A stretch of DNA of 64,000 bases from Alphaproteobacteria bacterium (GCA_965221125.1 CBDCRW010000005.1:1-64000); one strand, 5' to 3'. Shown: positions 7,321 to 17,581, counted from the first letter of the stretch. A program made the numbers and translations. Notes: a model not told the origin generated them from the sequence alone.

Positions 7321-8802
7321 TTACTCCTCGTCGATCCTGGCGCCGAAGCCGCCGGCGACCGTGCCATTGGCGAAGTTGGCGTTGAACTCGCCAACTGCGG
7401 TGTGAGGCTGATTGTCAGCGTCGGCCGTGCCATGGAACGTACCGCTGTACGAGCCGTCGGCCCCGCCGCCCTTGGCGACGCCGGAGAAGGTGCCGGTGCC
7501 ATCAGCAATATTGTCGGTATCGCCACCATCCTCCAAGCTCACCGACCAGCCGGGTCCCTCGTCGTGGCCGGACAGGGCGAAGTTGTCGATGGTGCCGGAG
7601 ATCATGAACTGATCGTTAACGGCAACGTCAGGCCCACCGAAATTGGCCGTCAGCTCGGCATCCGCCGTGAAGTGGCCGGAGGTTGCCGACGCTTCGCTCC
7701 CGTCCGGGTTGATCACGCTGTGCACGTACACGCCCGCCGCGCCGCCCGAATAGGTTGCGGTGCCTACAACGGCGGCAACGCTCCCGCTCGCGGTAGTCGA
7801 AGAACCAGCGAAGGTCTCGACCTCGTTGTAGGTGGTTTCGCCGTCTTTGGTCGTCTTCTTCAGCCAGAAGCCGTAGTGCAGGTAGTCGTAGTCCGGCTGA
7901 TCGGAGGTGGCGCCCGCGTCGGGCGTGAACACCCAGCCGGCGCTCATTGCGGTGACCGCACCCATCGCATTGACCGTCACCGTGCAATCGGCGGTGCCGT
8001 TACAACGGTACGTTCCCATCGCGCCGTTGTAGGTGCCGGCCACTTCGGCAGCCTCGTCCATACCGGCGGTGGTTGTATCGTCGTCATCGAACGTCAGCTG
8101 GGTCGTCGCCCCCGCACCGGGAACAAACGAAGCCGAGGCGACCAGCATGTAGGTGGCAGCGTCTTGCGCAACCGTGAGCGCGGTAAAGTCGTTGGTCGCA
8201 GTGCCGTCGCCGTCGGCGTCCACGGCGTCGTCGAGATCACGCGCGTTCAGCGCCTGAGGCAGGGTGTCGGTGGCGTCAAGGTTGTTATCCCACATCGCGA
8301 ACGCCACTCCCGTGGGTGCCTCGATGTCGGTGCTCACCATCACCACTTCCACGACACCTTCGCCGTTGTCGCGCTCGTGCCGAGTGAGACCGTCACCGAG
8401 ATCCATCGTCTGAGCGAACTTGGGATCGTCGTCACCCGCCATCGCGGTATCGTCGATCGTGATCTTCGTACCGGAGCGGTCACGAGAGATCGCGAGCGAA
8501 TAAGTGTCGACCGCTGTGCCGTCGGCGGCGCTGCCGCCGAGACCAGCGTCATCGTTGATCGGGGTTTGATTCGGCCCTTGACTGGCCTCCGCTTCGATGG
8601 CGGCCCTCTTTGTGCCGGCCGCCTTGGTCGCCGCAGCGATCTCCTCGTCCGTGGGACCGGGATCGACCGGCTCGGTCGGCTCCACGGGCGGTTCCGTTTC
8701 GGCCGTGTCGTCGCTGCTGTGCAGGCAGCCGGACAGGACGACTGAGAGGGCGACGATCGAGCACGCCGCCAGCAAGCTGCGAGTCAGCTTCGTCTTCTTC
8801 AT
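7321..8802 (-). CDS. Surface lipoprotein with a TbpB-like C-terminal beta-barrel
   Basis: Lipobox LSGC; acidic, Thr/Gly-rich; ATYSGGAAG...FTADAELTANF...SGTIDNF...GEFNANF...AGGFGA pattern. Confidence 0.8.
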   Translation of the reverse strand: MKKTKLTRSLLAACSIVALSVVLSGCLHSSDDTAETEPPVEPTEPVDPGPTDEEIAAATKAAGTKRAAIEAEASQGPNQTPINDDAGLGGSAADGTAVDTYSLAISRDRSGTKITIDDTAMAGDDDPKFAQTMDLGDGLTRHERDNGEGVVEVVMVSTDIEAPTGVAFAMWDNNLDATDTLPQALNARDLDDAVDADGDGTATNDFTALTVAQDAATYMLVASASFVPGAGATTQLTFDDDDTTTAGMDEAAEVAGTYNGAMGTYRCNGTADCTVTVNAMGAVTAMSAGWVFTPDAGATSDQPDYDYLHYGFWLKKTTKDGETTYNEVETFAGSSTTASGSVAAVVGTATYSGGAAGVYVHSVINPDGSEASATSGHFTADAELTANFGGPDVAVNDQFMISGTIDNFALSGHDEGPGWSVSLEDGGDTDNIADGTGTFSGVAKGGGADGSYSGTFHGTADADNQPHTAVGEFNANFANGTVAGGFGARIDEE

Positions 8803-9078
8803 GGCTCCGAGGCTCTCCTCATTCTGAAGAGGCCTCGTGCGGGGCGTGTCGTACCTGAGAAGCAGATGCCGGTGTTTCGCGCTTGAACCCGGCGGATTGC
8901 GCGGACAAGCGCTAACGCATTCCAACCATGACTATTTTTGAACTCCTCCCCTGGCGCTCGTGCCTGCCTTGCCGGCAGGCATGCGCACGTGTGCGGTCGC
9001 GCGTGATTCCGATCCGTTCCGAAGTGATGACGGCCGCCTTGCGCTATGCGGGCCGGCCCACGCCGAGTGGTGACGGGA

Positions 9079-10284
9079 ATGCCGCGCCGTAGCACGCTTG
9101 CGCTCACGGGCCGCGCGGTGGACGCGCTCGCCGCCGCGGACCGCGACGTCATCTTCTGGGACCGCGAGCTCGCCGGCTTCGGCGTGCGCGTCTACCCCTC
9201 GGGCCGGAAGGTCTACGTCGTGCAAAGCCGCGCGGGCGGCGGCCCCCGCCGCGTCACCCTCGGCACCCACGGCGAGATCACCGCGACGCAGGCGAGGCTC
9301 CGCGCGGCCCAGGTCATCGACCGCATCAAGCGGGGCGAGGAGCCGGCCGTGCTGCCGCCCCAGGCCGGCACCACCGTCGCCGACCTCGCCGAGCGCTACC
9401 TGAGCGCCCACGTAGCCCAGAACTGCAACGCGCATACCGCCGGCATCTACCGGGGCTCGCTCGAGAACCACATCCTGCCCGCGCTCGGCATGATGCCGCT
9501 CGCCATGGTCGAGAGCGCCCACGTGGCCGCGCTCCACTACAACCTGCGCGAGACACCGCGCGCCGCCAACCGCGCGCTCTCGGTCCTCTCCAAGATGTTC
9601 ACGCTGGCCGCCGCCTGGGGCATGGTGGCCGACGGCGCCAACCCCTGCCGCGCCGTCCGCAAGTACAGGGAGAAGAAGCGCGAACGCTTCCTCAGCCGCG
9701 ACGAGTACCGGCGGCTGGGCCAGGCGCTCGCTGAGGCGGAGGCCGAGGCGGCGGCCAGCGCGGACGGCGCGGTCTCCCCCTACGCCATTGCGGCGCTGCG
9801 CCTGCTCATGCTCACCGGCTGCCGGCTGAACGAGATCCTCACGCTCCGCTGGGACGACGTGGACCGCACCGCCGGCGAGTTCCGCCTCCGCGACGGCAAG
9901 ACGGGTGCGCGCATGGTCCCGCTCACCCCCACGGCGGAGGCGGTGCTGGCAGGGATCGAGCGCGTGCCCGCCAACCCCTGGATCATCGCCGGCAAGCAGC
10001 CCGGCACGCATCTCACCACCATCACCGCGGAGTGGTATCGCCTCCGCGCCCGCGCCGGCCTCGACGACGTGCGCATCCACGACCTCCGCCACTCCTATGC
10101 CAGCCGCGCGCTCGCCGCCGGCGAGAGCCTGTCCATGATCGGCAAGCTGCTGGGCCACGCCGACATCCAGAGCACCGCCCGCTACGCCCACCTCGCGCGC
10201 GAGACCGAGCGCACCTCCGCCGACAGGGTCGGCGCCAGCATCGGCGCCGACATCGCACCCGGCAGGGACGACCCATCAATATGA
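9079..10284 (+). CDS. Tyrosine integrase with arm-binding domain, copy 1
   Basis: WDRELAGFGVRV N-terminal domain; TGCRLNE, KTG, HDLRH, LLGH, TARY. Confidence 0.92.
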   Translation: MPRRSTLALTGRAVDALAAADRDVIFWDRELAGFGVRVYPSGRKVYVVQSRAGGGPRRVTLGTHGEITATQARLRAAQVIDRIKRGEEPAVLPPQAGTTVADLAERYLSAHVAQNCNAHTAGIYRGSLENHILPALGMMPLAMVESAHVAALHYNLRETPRAANRALSVLSKMFTLAAAWGMVADGANPCRAVRKYREKKRERFLSRDEYRRLGQALAEAEAEAAASADGAVSPYAIAALRLLMLTGCRLNEILTLRWDDVDRTAGEFRLRDGKTGARMVPLTPTAEAVLAGIERVPANPWIIAGKQPGTHLTTITAEWYRLRARAGLDDVRIHDLRHSYASRALAAGESLSMIGKLLGHADIQSTARYAHLARETERTSADRVGASIGADIAPGRDDPSI

Positions 10285-11477
10285 GTGAACCGACGCACGG
10301 GACGATCACCGACGCGGTGGTGGGCGCGCTCGCGCCGGGCCGGGACCGGGTGCTGTGGGACCGCGCGCTCACCGGCTTCGGCGTCCGCGTCTATCCCTCC
10401 GGCGCACGGGTCTACGTCGTGCAGACCAGGGGACCCAAGGGCACCAGACGCACGACCGTCGGCCGCCACGGCGTCATCGGTGCGGGCGAGGCACGCAGGC
10501 GCGCATCCCTCATCATCGCCCGTGTGCACGCCGGCGAGGACATCGCCGACCGCCCCACCCCGAAGCCCGCCGGCCCCACCCTCGCCGCCCTCGCTGCGCG
10601 CTACCTGCGCGAGCACGTCGCGGTCCGCTGCAAGCCCAGCACCGCAGCCCAGTACAGGCTCGCCATCGAGCGCCATATCGTCCCCGCCCTCGGCACGCTC
10701 CCGGTCTCTGCCATCGCGCGCCGCGACGTCGCCGACCTGCAGCATTCCCTCCGCGACCGCCCGGCCATGGCCAACCTCGTCGTGGCGACGCTCTCGCGCA
10801 TGATCGACCAGGCCCAGGCCTGGGGCGTCGCCGCCGAAGGGGTCAACCCCTGCCGCGCGGCCCAGAAGTACAGGGTGGGCCGGCGCGAGCGCTTCCTCAC
10901 CGACGCCGAGTTCCGGCGCCTAGGCAGCGCGCTGGACGAGCTGGAGGCGACGGGGCGCGTCTCCCCCCATGCGGCGGCCGCGCTCCGCCTTCTCATGCTC
11001 ACCGGCTGCCGGCGGAACGAGATCCTGACGCTCCGCTGGGAGGACGTGCACTTGGGCGCCCGTGAGCTTCGCCTCGCCGACAGCAAGACCGGCCCGCGCA
11101 CGGTCTCGCTCTCGGCGGAAGCGGCGGAGGTCCTCGCCGCCATCCCCCGCGTTGCGGGCAACCCGTGGGTGATCCCCGGCGCGCGGGCGGGCCAGCGCTT
11201 GTCCAGCATCTTCGAGCCGTGGGCCCGCGTGCGCGCCCGCGCCGGCCTCGACGACGTGCGCATCCACGACCTGCGTCACTCTTATGCCTCACGCGCGCTG
11301 GCGCTGGGCGAGAGCCTGCCGGTGATCGCGAAGCTCCTCGGCCACGCGCAGATCCAGACGACCGCCCGCTACACCCACCTCACGCGCGACGCCGTCAGGG
11401 ACGCCGCAACGCGCGTCGCCGGCGACATCGCGCAGGACGTGCTCCCGACGAGCACCGCGCCCCAGGATACGCGCTAG
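10281..11477 (+). CDS. Tyrosine integrase with arm-binding domain, copy 2
   Basis: ATGA overlap with copy 1; TGCRRNE, KTG, HDLRH, LLGH, TARY. Confidence 0.92.
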   Translation: MSEPTHGTITDAVVGALAPGRDRVLWDRALTGFGVRVYPSGARVYVVQTRGPKGTRRTTVGRHGVIGAGEARRRASLIIARVHAGEDIADRPTPKPAGPTLAALAARYLREHVAVRCKPSTAAQYRLAIERHIVPALGTLPVSAIARRDVADLQHSLRDRPAMANLVVATLSRMIDQAQAWGVAAEGVNPCRAAQKYRVGRRERFLTDAEFRRLGSALDELEATGRVSPHAAAALRLLMLTGCRRNEILTLRWEDVHLGARELRLADSKTGPRTVSLSAEAAEVLAAIPRVAGNPWVIPGARAGQRLSSIFEPWARVRARAGLDDVRIHDLRHSYASRALALGESLPVIAKLLGHAQIQTTARYTHLTRDAVRDAATRVAGDIAQDVLPTSTAPQDTR

Positions 11478-11587
11478 CGCAGAGACGTAGCCCGCCGCCT
11501 GCGGCGAAGCGGCTGCGGCGGGGCGGAGGGGAGCCGGGGCCGCTGCCGTATCCTATGCTTGACGGCGCGGCAAATGGCGGCTAATGG

Positions 11588-11876
11588 TTCCGTAAGGTCG
11601 TCGGTTGCCCCGACCGTCTCAGGCAGGTTGTTATGCGACACGATGACTATGGACACTGCCGGAGTCGTCTTGATAAACTCGGCGCTGCAGTCCACAAACG
11701 AGGCCTCCCGATACGAGGCCTCTTCATTAACGTAAAGACGGGTTCGGAAAGCAAAGAGGCGCAGAAGTTCCACGCTAATCTGCGCGCGCCGGATCATCGC
11801 TGACGTTCGTGAAACTCCCGCTGGACGGGAGATTGGAGCGGGTCGGGACGCGGGCCTCGACGCCCTTCTCCCTTTT
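11588..11876 (+). ncRNA. Candidate multi-branched ncRNA, family unidentified
   Basis: TTGACG at 11559 with GCTAAT downstream, many nested stems, terminal GGGAGA/TCTCCC-TTTT. Confidence 0.5.
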
Positions 11877-12286
11877 ATGCGATGCGCCCCGTGCACGGTC
11901 TTTCGCCTTCCTCATTGGGTTGAAGATGTCCGGTATCTTCTCTTGTATCCGAAATTGATATCGCCTCTTGCACAGAACAAAAAATGCCTTTTCGCGAAAA
12001 ATACATACTGCTCTCGTATGGATGCGCGCGAGGTAAGGACATGGCGTCGCAAGAGTAAAGGAAGGGAGTCAGGCGCCGTTATCTTGGCTCGGAAACGAGT
12101 GCTGGCTCGCTATGCTTGGTGAATGCCACGGTCTGCACCGGCGGCATTGCAGGCCGGCAGAGAAGAAGCCGCTCGGACCAGCGGCGGAGGATGCCCGTGC
12201 CGTGCACGGAGTTCGCGTGAACCATGGGCGCGGCGAGAATTGCGGGCTAAGCTCCGCGTCGGCGTTGGCGGCAGGAGGATGCGCGG

Positions 12287-13324
12287 GTGAGAGCGACCGA
12301 TACGACGAACCTGAGCGGGCGCACGGCCCGCCCCCTCGGCGTGACCCGGCTCGGCTTCGGCGGCGCGCCACTCGGCAATCTCTACCGGGGGATCTCGGAG
12401 GAGGACGCGCAGGCCACGCTGGCCGCCGCCTTCGCCGCCGGCGTCAGGCTCTTCGACACCGCGCCGTTCTACGGTCTCGGGCGCTCCGAGGAACGCTTCG
12501 GCGTGGCCATTGGGAGGGCCGGGCGCGAGGGCATCGTGCTATCCACCAAGATCGGCCGGCTGCTCGTCGACGGGCCGACGGACGAGTCGACCGAGGGCCT
12601 CTTCATCGACGCGCCCGCGAAGCAGGTGGTGTTCGACTACACCTACGACGGCGTGATGCAGAGCCACGAGTCCAGCCTCGAGCGGCTCGGCGTGGACGCC
12701 ATCGACATCCTGCTGATCCACGACGTCGACGTGTGGACGCACGGCAGCCAGGCGGTGGCCGACGGGAAGGTCCGCGAGCTTTTCGATCGCGGCGGCTACC
12801 GCGCCCTGGACGAGCTGAAGGCGGCGGGCCGCATCGCCGCCATCGGCGCCGGCGTCAACGAGTGGGAGGCCTGCGAGGCGCTGCTGGGTCACGCCGATTT
12901 CGACTGCTTCCTGCTCGCCGGCCGCTACACGCTGATCGAGCAGGAGGCGCTGGGCTCGTTCCTGCCGACCTGCGTCGAGCGCGACGTCGGCATCATCCTG
13001 GGCGGGCCCTACAACTCCGGCATCCTGGCGACCGGCGCGGTGGACGGCGCGCGCTTCAACTACCAGCCCGCGCCGCCCCACATCATGGAGCGCGTGCGCC
13101 GGATCGAGAGCGTGTGCGAGGGCCACGGCGTGACGCTGGCGGCGGCGGCGCTGCAGTTCGTCCTCGCGCACCCCGCCGTCAAGAGCATCATCCCCGGCGC
13201 CATGGCGGAAGGCGAGGTGCGCCAGAACGTGGCGCTGCTGGAGGAGCCGATCCCGCCCGCGCTCTGGGCGGACCTGAAGGAGGCACGGCTGTTGCGCGAC
13301 GACGCGCCGGTGCCGGCGGGCTGA
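12287..13324 (+). CDS. Aldo/keto reductase
   Basis: LGFGGAPLGNLY, FDTAPFYG, LSTKIG, LLIHD. Confidence 0.9.
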   Translation: MRATDTTNLSGRTARPLGVTRLGFGGAPLGNLYRGISEEDAQATLAAAFAAGVRLFDTAPFYGLGRSEERFGVAIGRAGREGIVLSTKIGRLLVDGPTDESTEGLFIDAPAKQVVFDYTYDGVMQSHESSLERLGVDAIDILLIHDVDVWTHGSQAVADGKVRELFDRGGYRALDELKAAGRIAAIGAGVNEWEACEALLGHADFDCFLLAGRYTLIEQEALGSFLPTCVERDVGIILGGPYNSGILATGAVDGARFNYQPAPPHIMERVRRIESVCEGHGVTLAAAALQFVLAHPAVKSIIPGAMAEGEVRQNVALLEEPIPPALWADLKEARLLRDDAPVPAG

Positions 13325-13337
13325 GGCGCCTGCCGCA

Positions 13338-13667
13338 TCACGCCTCGTCCGGCGGCTGCATCCAGGCTGGAATGTCCCGCGCCCCGTGCAGGACGCGCCA
13401 AACGTCGATGTCCGCTTCCCTTTCCACGTAGAAGACCAGATAGGGAAACTTTCCGACTGACTTGAAGCGCAGTCCGGGCAAGTCCAGTTCATGCCCATGG
13501 CGGGGCGAGCCGCTCGCCGGCCGTTCGCCGATCTGACGGCAGGTGTCTTCCAGCGCGTCGACGAAGTCCAGCGCCGCCGCCGGCCCCGCCTCCGACAGGT
13601 AGTGCTCGATCGCCTCGTCGATATCGCGCCGCGCCCGCTCGCGAAGGACGACCGGCTTGCCGCTCAC
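13338..13667 (-). CDS. parE: ParE/RelE-family toxin
   Basis: RARRDIDEAIEHY...FPYLVFY...VWRVLHGARD; GTG start overlaps the antitoxin stop. Confidence 0.85.
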   Translation of the reverse strand: MSGKPVVLRERARRDIDEAIEHYLSEAGPAAALDFVDALEDTCRQIGERPASGSPRHGHELDLPGLRFKSVGKFPYLVFYVEREADIDVWRVLHGARDIPAWMQPPDEA

Positions 13668-13903
13668 CGACGGCCGGCGGCGCGGACGCGGCTGCGGAGC
13701 CCGTCGAAGTAGCCCGCATCGGCCGTGGCCGCCTGCGGCGACGCCGCCCCTTCGAGAAGGAGGCCGCGCAGGCGTTGCCGGTCCTGGTCCCTGCGGATCA
13801 GTTCGCGGACGTACTCGCTCGACGTGCTGTAGCCGCGCGCGCTGACCTGCTCCTCCACGAAGTCCTTGAGGGCCTCGGGCAGCGAAACGTTCATCGTGCT
13901 CAT
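13664..13903 (-). CDS. parD: ParD-like ribbon-helix-helix antitoxin
   Basis: MNVSLPEALKDFV...GYSTSSEYVRELIR. Confidence 0.88.
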   Translation of the reverse strand: MSTMNVSLPEALKDFVEEQVSARGYSTSSEYVRELIRRDQDRQRLRGLLLEGAASPQAATADAGYFDGLRSRVRAAGRR

Positions 13904-13947
13904 GGCGCGACGCTAACGTCGTTGGCAAAGATTGGCAACAACGGCGA

Positions 13948-15135
13948 TCACACCAGCTGGCGCTCGGCGAGGGAGCGCATCAGCGCCCGCGCGCCGAACA
14001 CCCAGGGCCAGCAATCGGGGGAGCGGCGCACGGTGTTCACCAGGCTCCCGAGCGCGGGCGCGGAGATGGTGACCACGTCGCCTTCCTTGTGGGTGAAGCC
14101 CTCGCCCGGCACGTCCCTGTCCTCCGTCGGCGCGAACAGCGTGCCGAGATAGAGCATGAAGCCGTCGGGATACTGGTGATGCGCGCCGCAGGTCTGCGCC
14201 ACGAGGTCTTCCGGGTCGCGGCTGATCTGCGCCATCGACGAGGTGCCGCCGAGCACGAAGCCGTCCCGCCCCTCGACCTTCAGCGTCAGTTCCGCGCGGC
14301 GGACATCGTCCAGCGTGTAGCTCTCGTCGAAGAGGCGGATGAAGGGGCCGATGGCGGCGGACGCGTTGTTGTCCTTGGCCTTGCTCAGCAGGAGCGCGGA
14401 GCGCCCCTCGAAATCGCGCAGGTTGACGTCGTTGCCGAGCGCCGCGCCCTTGATCCGCCCGTCGCTTGCCACGGCGAGGACGATCTCGGGCTCCGGGTTG
14501 TTCCAGTTGGACTCCGGATGCAGGCCGACCGGCGCCCCCCACCCCACCGCCGACATCGGCTGCGCCTTGGAGAACACCTCGGCGTAGGGGCCGATGCCGA
14601 CCTCGAGATACTGGGACCAGATGCCCTCGGCGATCAGCGCGGACTTGACCTGCGCGGCCTGCTCGGAGCCGGGCCGGACGTTGCCGAGGCGGTCGCCGAT
14701 CATTGCGCCGATGCGCGTGCGGATCGCCTGCACCCGCGAGGTATCGCCTTCGGCCCGCTCCTCGATCACCCGCTCCAGCATGGAGCCGGCGAAGGTGACG
14801 CCGCAGGCCTTGACCGCCTGAAGATCGTTGGGCGCGAGGAAGTGCCGTCGGTCCGGATCGGAGCCTGCTGCCAAGCTGTCGGCCTCCAGTTCTGCGAGCG
14901 TGCCGAGCCGGCGGCCGGCCTGCCCCTTCACGAAGGCGGCCGGATCCGGCCTCTCCAGCACGTCCGTCATGGTGGGCGCGGCGCGCGAGGTGATGTCGTG
15001 GACCGCATCGCCCCGGAGCGCCACCACCAGCGGCCCCTCGCCGGGCGCCCATACGCGGCCCACGAAACAGCCGGCGCTTCCGCTCAAGCCTGTCGTTTCC
15101 ACGTTCGCAGTCTCCTCGCTCTTCGCCGCCGCCAA
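13948..15135 (-). CDS. Fumarylacetoacetate hydrolase family protein
   Basis: KACGVTF, WNNPEPE, LGNDVNLRDFEGRSALLL; start uncertain. Confidence 0.88.
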   Translation of the reverse strand: MAAAKSEETANVETTGLSGSAGCFVGRVWAPGEGPLVVALRGDAVHDITSRAAPTMTDVLERPDPAAFVKGQAGRRLGTLAELEADSLAAGSDPDRRHFLAPNDLQAVKACGVTFAGSMLERVIEERAEGDTSRVQAIRTRIGAMIGDRLGNVRPGSEQAAQVKSALIAEGIWSQYLEVGIGPYAEVFSKAQPMSAVGWGAPVGLHPESNWNNPEPEIVLAVASDGRIKGAALGNDVNLRDFEGRSALLLSKAKDNNASAAIGPFIRLFDESYTLDDVRRAELTLKVEGRDGFVLGGTSSMAQISRDPEDLVAQTCGAHHQYPDGFMLYLGTLFAPTEDRDVPGEGFTHKEGDVVTISAPALGSLVNTVRRSPDCWPWVFGARALMRSLAERQLV

Positions 15136-15153
15136 GAACCGGAGCGGTGCCCC

Positions 15154-16143
15154 CTAAAACGCGGGGATCAGGCGCTCCTTGGGATACTCCGCGCCGACGA
15201 CGTGCTGGATCGTCACCGCGCGCACCATCTGGTAGGTGCGGATGCGGAACGCGGGATCGCACGACATGCGGATGTACATGTCCTTGCCGCTGATGCCGTA
15301 GTCGTCCCGCAGCCACTGCATCATATTGTCGCAGGCGTCGTAGACCGCGTGCTCCATCGGCAGGTTGATGCCGACCGCGACGAGGCTGTCCGGCTTCTCG
15401 ATCCGCACGCAAGGCGCGTGCTTGTTCTTGATCACCGTGGCGCTGAGCTCGATGGTCGCCCGGGTCTCGTCGGCGATGCCGGTGAACTCAGTATCCCCCT
15501 GCCCGCCGTGCATGTCGCCTACGTAGAGCAGGCCGCCGTCGTGGTAGGCGTTGAGGTAGATCGTGTGGCCCGCGCGCACGTCGCGGCAGTCGATGTTGCC
15601 GCCGAAGGGGCCCTGGCCCAGCAGCGAGGTGAAGACCTCGCGCTCCGGCGCGCACGCGAGCGTGCCGCAGAAGGGCATCAGGTCCCACGTGAGCTTGTCG
15701 GAATACTTGCCCGTGCCGTCCCGCGTGTGACCGCTCGGGCCGGGAAAATGCTCGATCACCTGCACGTGCGCCTCCGAGCACTCGGCCCAGCGCTTGGAAT
15801 CGCCCAGCGGGCCGATGCCCGGCAGGATGCCCGAGAAGCCGTAGCGCCAGGGGTCGATGGAGTGGATGCTGACCGCCAGCGTATCGCCGCGTTCGCAGCC
15901 CTCCACGTAGACCGGCCCCACCACGGGGTTGTACTTGGGCGGCCAGACGCTCTGCAGCGCCACCACGTGCTCGCCGGTGAAGTCGTGCACCTGCGGGTCG
16001 TCGCTGTCATCGGCGATGAGGCCGGAGAGCGCGTCGTCGGTCTCCAGCTGGAAGGCCTCGCCCTGCGCCACCCTGAGCACGGGCTCGTCCTCCCAGTCGA
16101 AGGCGTACTTGCTCGGAACCTCGCCCCGCTTGATCGTCTGCAT
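15154..16143 (-). CDS. Acetamidase/formamidase family protein
   Basis: NPVVGPVYVEG, GPFGGNID, GDMHGGQGDTE. Confidence 0.88.
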   Translation of the reverse strand: MQTIKRGEVPSKYAFDWEDEPVLRVAQGEAFQLETDDALSGLIADDSDDPQVHDFTGEHVVALQSVWPPKYNPVVGPVYVEGCERGDTLAVSIHSIDPWRYGFSGILPGIGPLGDSKRWAECSEAHVQVIEHFPGPSGHTRDGTGKYSDKLTWDLMPFCGTLACAPEREVFTSLLGQGPFGGNIDCRDVRAGHTIYLNAYHDGGLLYVGDMHGGQGDTEFTGIADETRATIELSATVIKNKHAPCVRIEKPDSLVAVGINLPMEHAVYDACDNMMQWLRDDYGISGKDMYIRMSCDPAFRIRTYQMVRAVTIQHVVGAEYPKERLIPAF

Positions 16144-16169
16144 CGTCGTCCCTCCCCTGGTTTGGCGCT

Positions 16170-16206
16170 CTCAGAGCGTTTCCGTCCTGGACGGAAACGC
16201 TCTGAG
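16170..16206. repeat. Perfect 18-bp-arm palindrome
   Basis: CTCAGAGCGTTTCCGTCC-T-GGACGGAAACGCTCTGAG. Confidence 0.85.
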
Positions 16207-16501
16207 CATTTGTTACTCACCGCCGCCGGCCGTCAGGCGCGGGCGCCCGCACGCGGACATGCGGCGGGCGCCGCTCCTCTGCCACGATAGCATAGGGTCA
16301 TACGGCGGAAATCCCGGCTGCGGCGCATGGCGCGCGTTCGCAGGCCGAGCCTCTATTGGACCCCGCAAGACTAATCCGGTCTAATCGCTGCCGGGTCCGC
16401 CGGCCAGGCTCGCCTGCTGCGCGCCGGCACGGCCGCGGCGGGAGCGGGCACGCACGTTCGCTGGCGGACGAGAGCCAGAGCAAGCAGAGGGAGACGTCAC
16501 G

Positions 16502-17581
16502 ATGAAGAGGCTTACGAGGAAGATCGGGTTGGCCGCGCTGTGCGGCGCGGTGGTCGCCACGGGCGGCATGACGCTGGACGCTGCGTCGTCCGAAGCGGGG
16601 ACGGAGCTGCGCGTGATGACCTGGGAGGGCTACACCGATCCCAGCGTGGTCGAGATCTTCACCGAGCAGACCGGATGCACGCTAGTGCCCACCTACATCG
16701 GCTCGAACGACGAGATCACCGCGAAGATGGCGGCGGGCGGCGGCGGCTACGACCTCATCTCGCCGGCCGTGGACAACGCCCAGCTGATGGCCGGCATGGG
16801 CGTTCTCGAGCCCCTCGACCCGGCCCGCCTCGAGCACTTCGACGAGATCTACGCCTCGTTCCGCGACCATCCGGGCGTGCAGTCGGACGGCAGCATCTGG
16901 TCGATGCCGATGGCCTGGGGCTCGATCCCGCTCATGTACCGCACCGACAAGTTCGAGACCCCGCCGACCTCGGCCGCCGTGCTGTTCGACCCGCAGTACG
17001 AGGGCAAGATCGGCATCCAGAACGTCAAGACCAGCATGTATCTCACCGCCCGGCTCATGTACGGCGCGGACTTCGACGTCTACGACATGACCGACGAGCA
17101 GTTGGACGCCATCAAGCAGAAGATGATCGAGCAGAAGCCGCTGGTGCGGAAGTACTGGTCGTCCGCCGGCGAGCTCATCGAGCTCTATGCCAACGGCGAG
17201 GTCTGGGTCTCCGAGACCTGGGGCGGTTACCAGGTGAGCCAGCTGCAGGAAATGGGGATTCCCGTCGCCGAGGTGCTGCCGGACGAGAAGGCCGACGGCT
17301 GGCAGGACGTCTGGAACATCGTGAAGGGCAGCGAGAACATCGACTGCGCCTACGACTGGATCAACTTCATCTCAGGGCCGGACGGCCAGTGCGGCATGGT
17401 CCGGGTCGCCGGCTACTCCGCCGCGAACCCGGTCGCCGTTGCCGACTGCCTGACCGACGAGGTGAAGCGCGACCTCCACCTCGACGACCTCGACTATGCG
17501 GAGGGGCTGGATTTCTGGAAGCTGCCGCCCCGCATCGGCAAGTACGTCGAGACCTGGAACGCGATACTGGCGGCCGAATAG
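16502..17581 (+). CDS. PotD/PotF-like ABC substrate-binding protein
   Basis: Signal peptide, TWEGY, GYDLISP, PMAWG, WQDVW. Confidence 0.85.
   Translation: MKRLTRKIGLAALCGAVVATGGMTLDAASSEAGTELRVMTWEGYTDPSVVEIFTEQTGCTLVPTYIGSNDEITAKMAAGGGGYDLISPAVDNAQLMAGMGVLEPLDPARLEHFDEIYASFRDHPGVQSDGSIWSMPMAWGSIPLMYRTDKFETPPTSAAVLFDPQYEGKIGIQNVKTSMYLTARLMYGADFDVYDMTDEQLDAIKQKMIEQKPLVRKYWSSAGELIELYANGEVWVSETWGGYQVSQLQEMGIPVAEVLPDEKADGWQDVWNIVKGSENIDCAYDWINFISGPDGQCGMVRVAGYSAANPVAVADCLTDEVKRDLHLDDLDYAEGLDFWKLPPRIGKYVETWNAILAAE

Noticed and set aside
11585-11625. TPP riboswitch-like CTGAGA...GAACC on the minus strand
   Set aside because: Lacks the downstream CUGAU and GCG-AGGGA core and a thiamine-related gene
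11800-11816. Hammerhead-like CTGACG...GAAAC
   Set aside because: CUGANGA core incomplete and no stem II
11474-11896. 140-aa minus-strand ORF
   Set aside because: No motifs and weak codon bias; better explained as structured RNA on the plus strand
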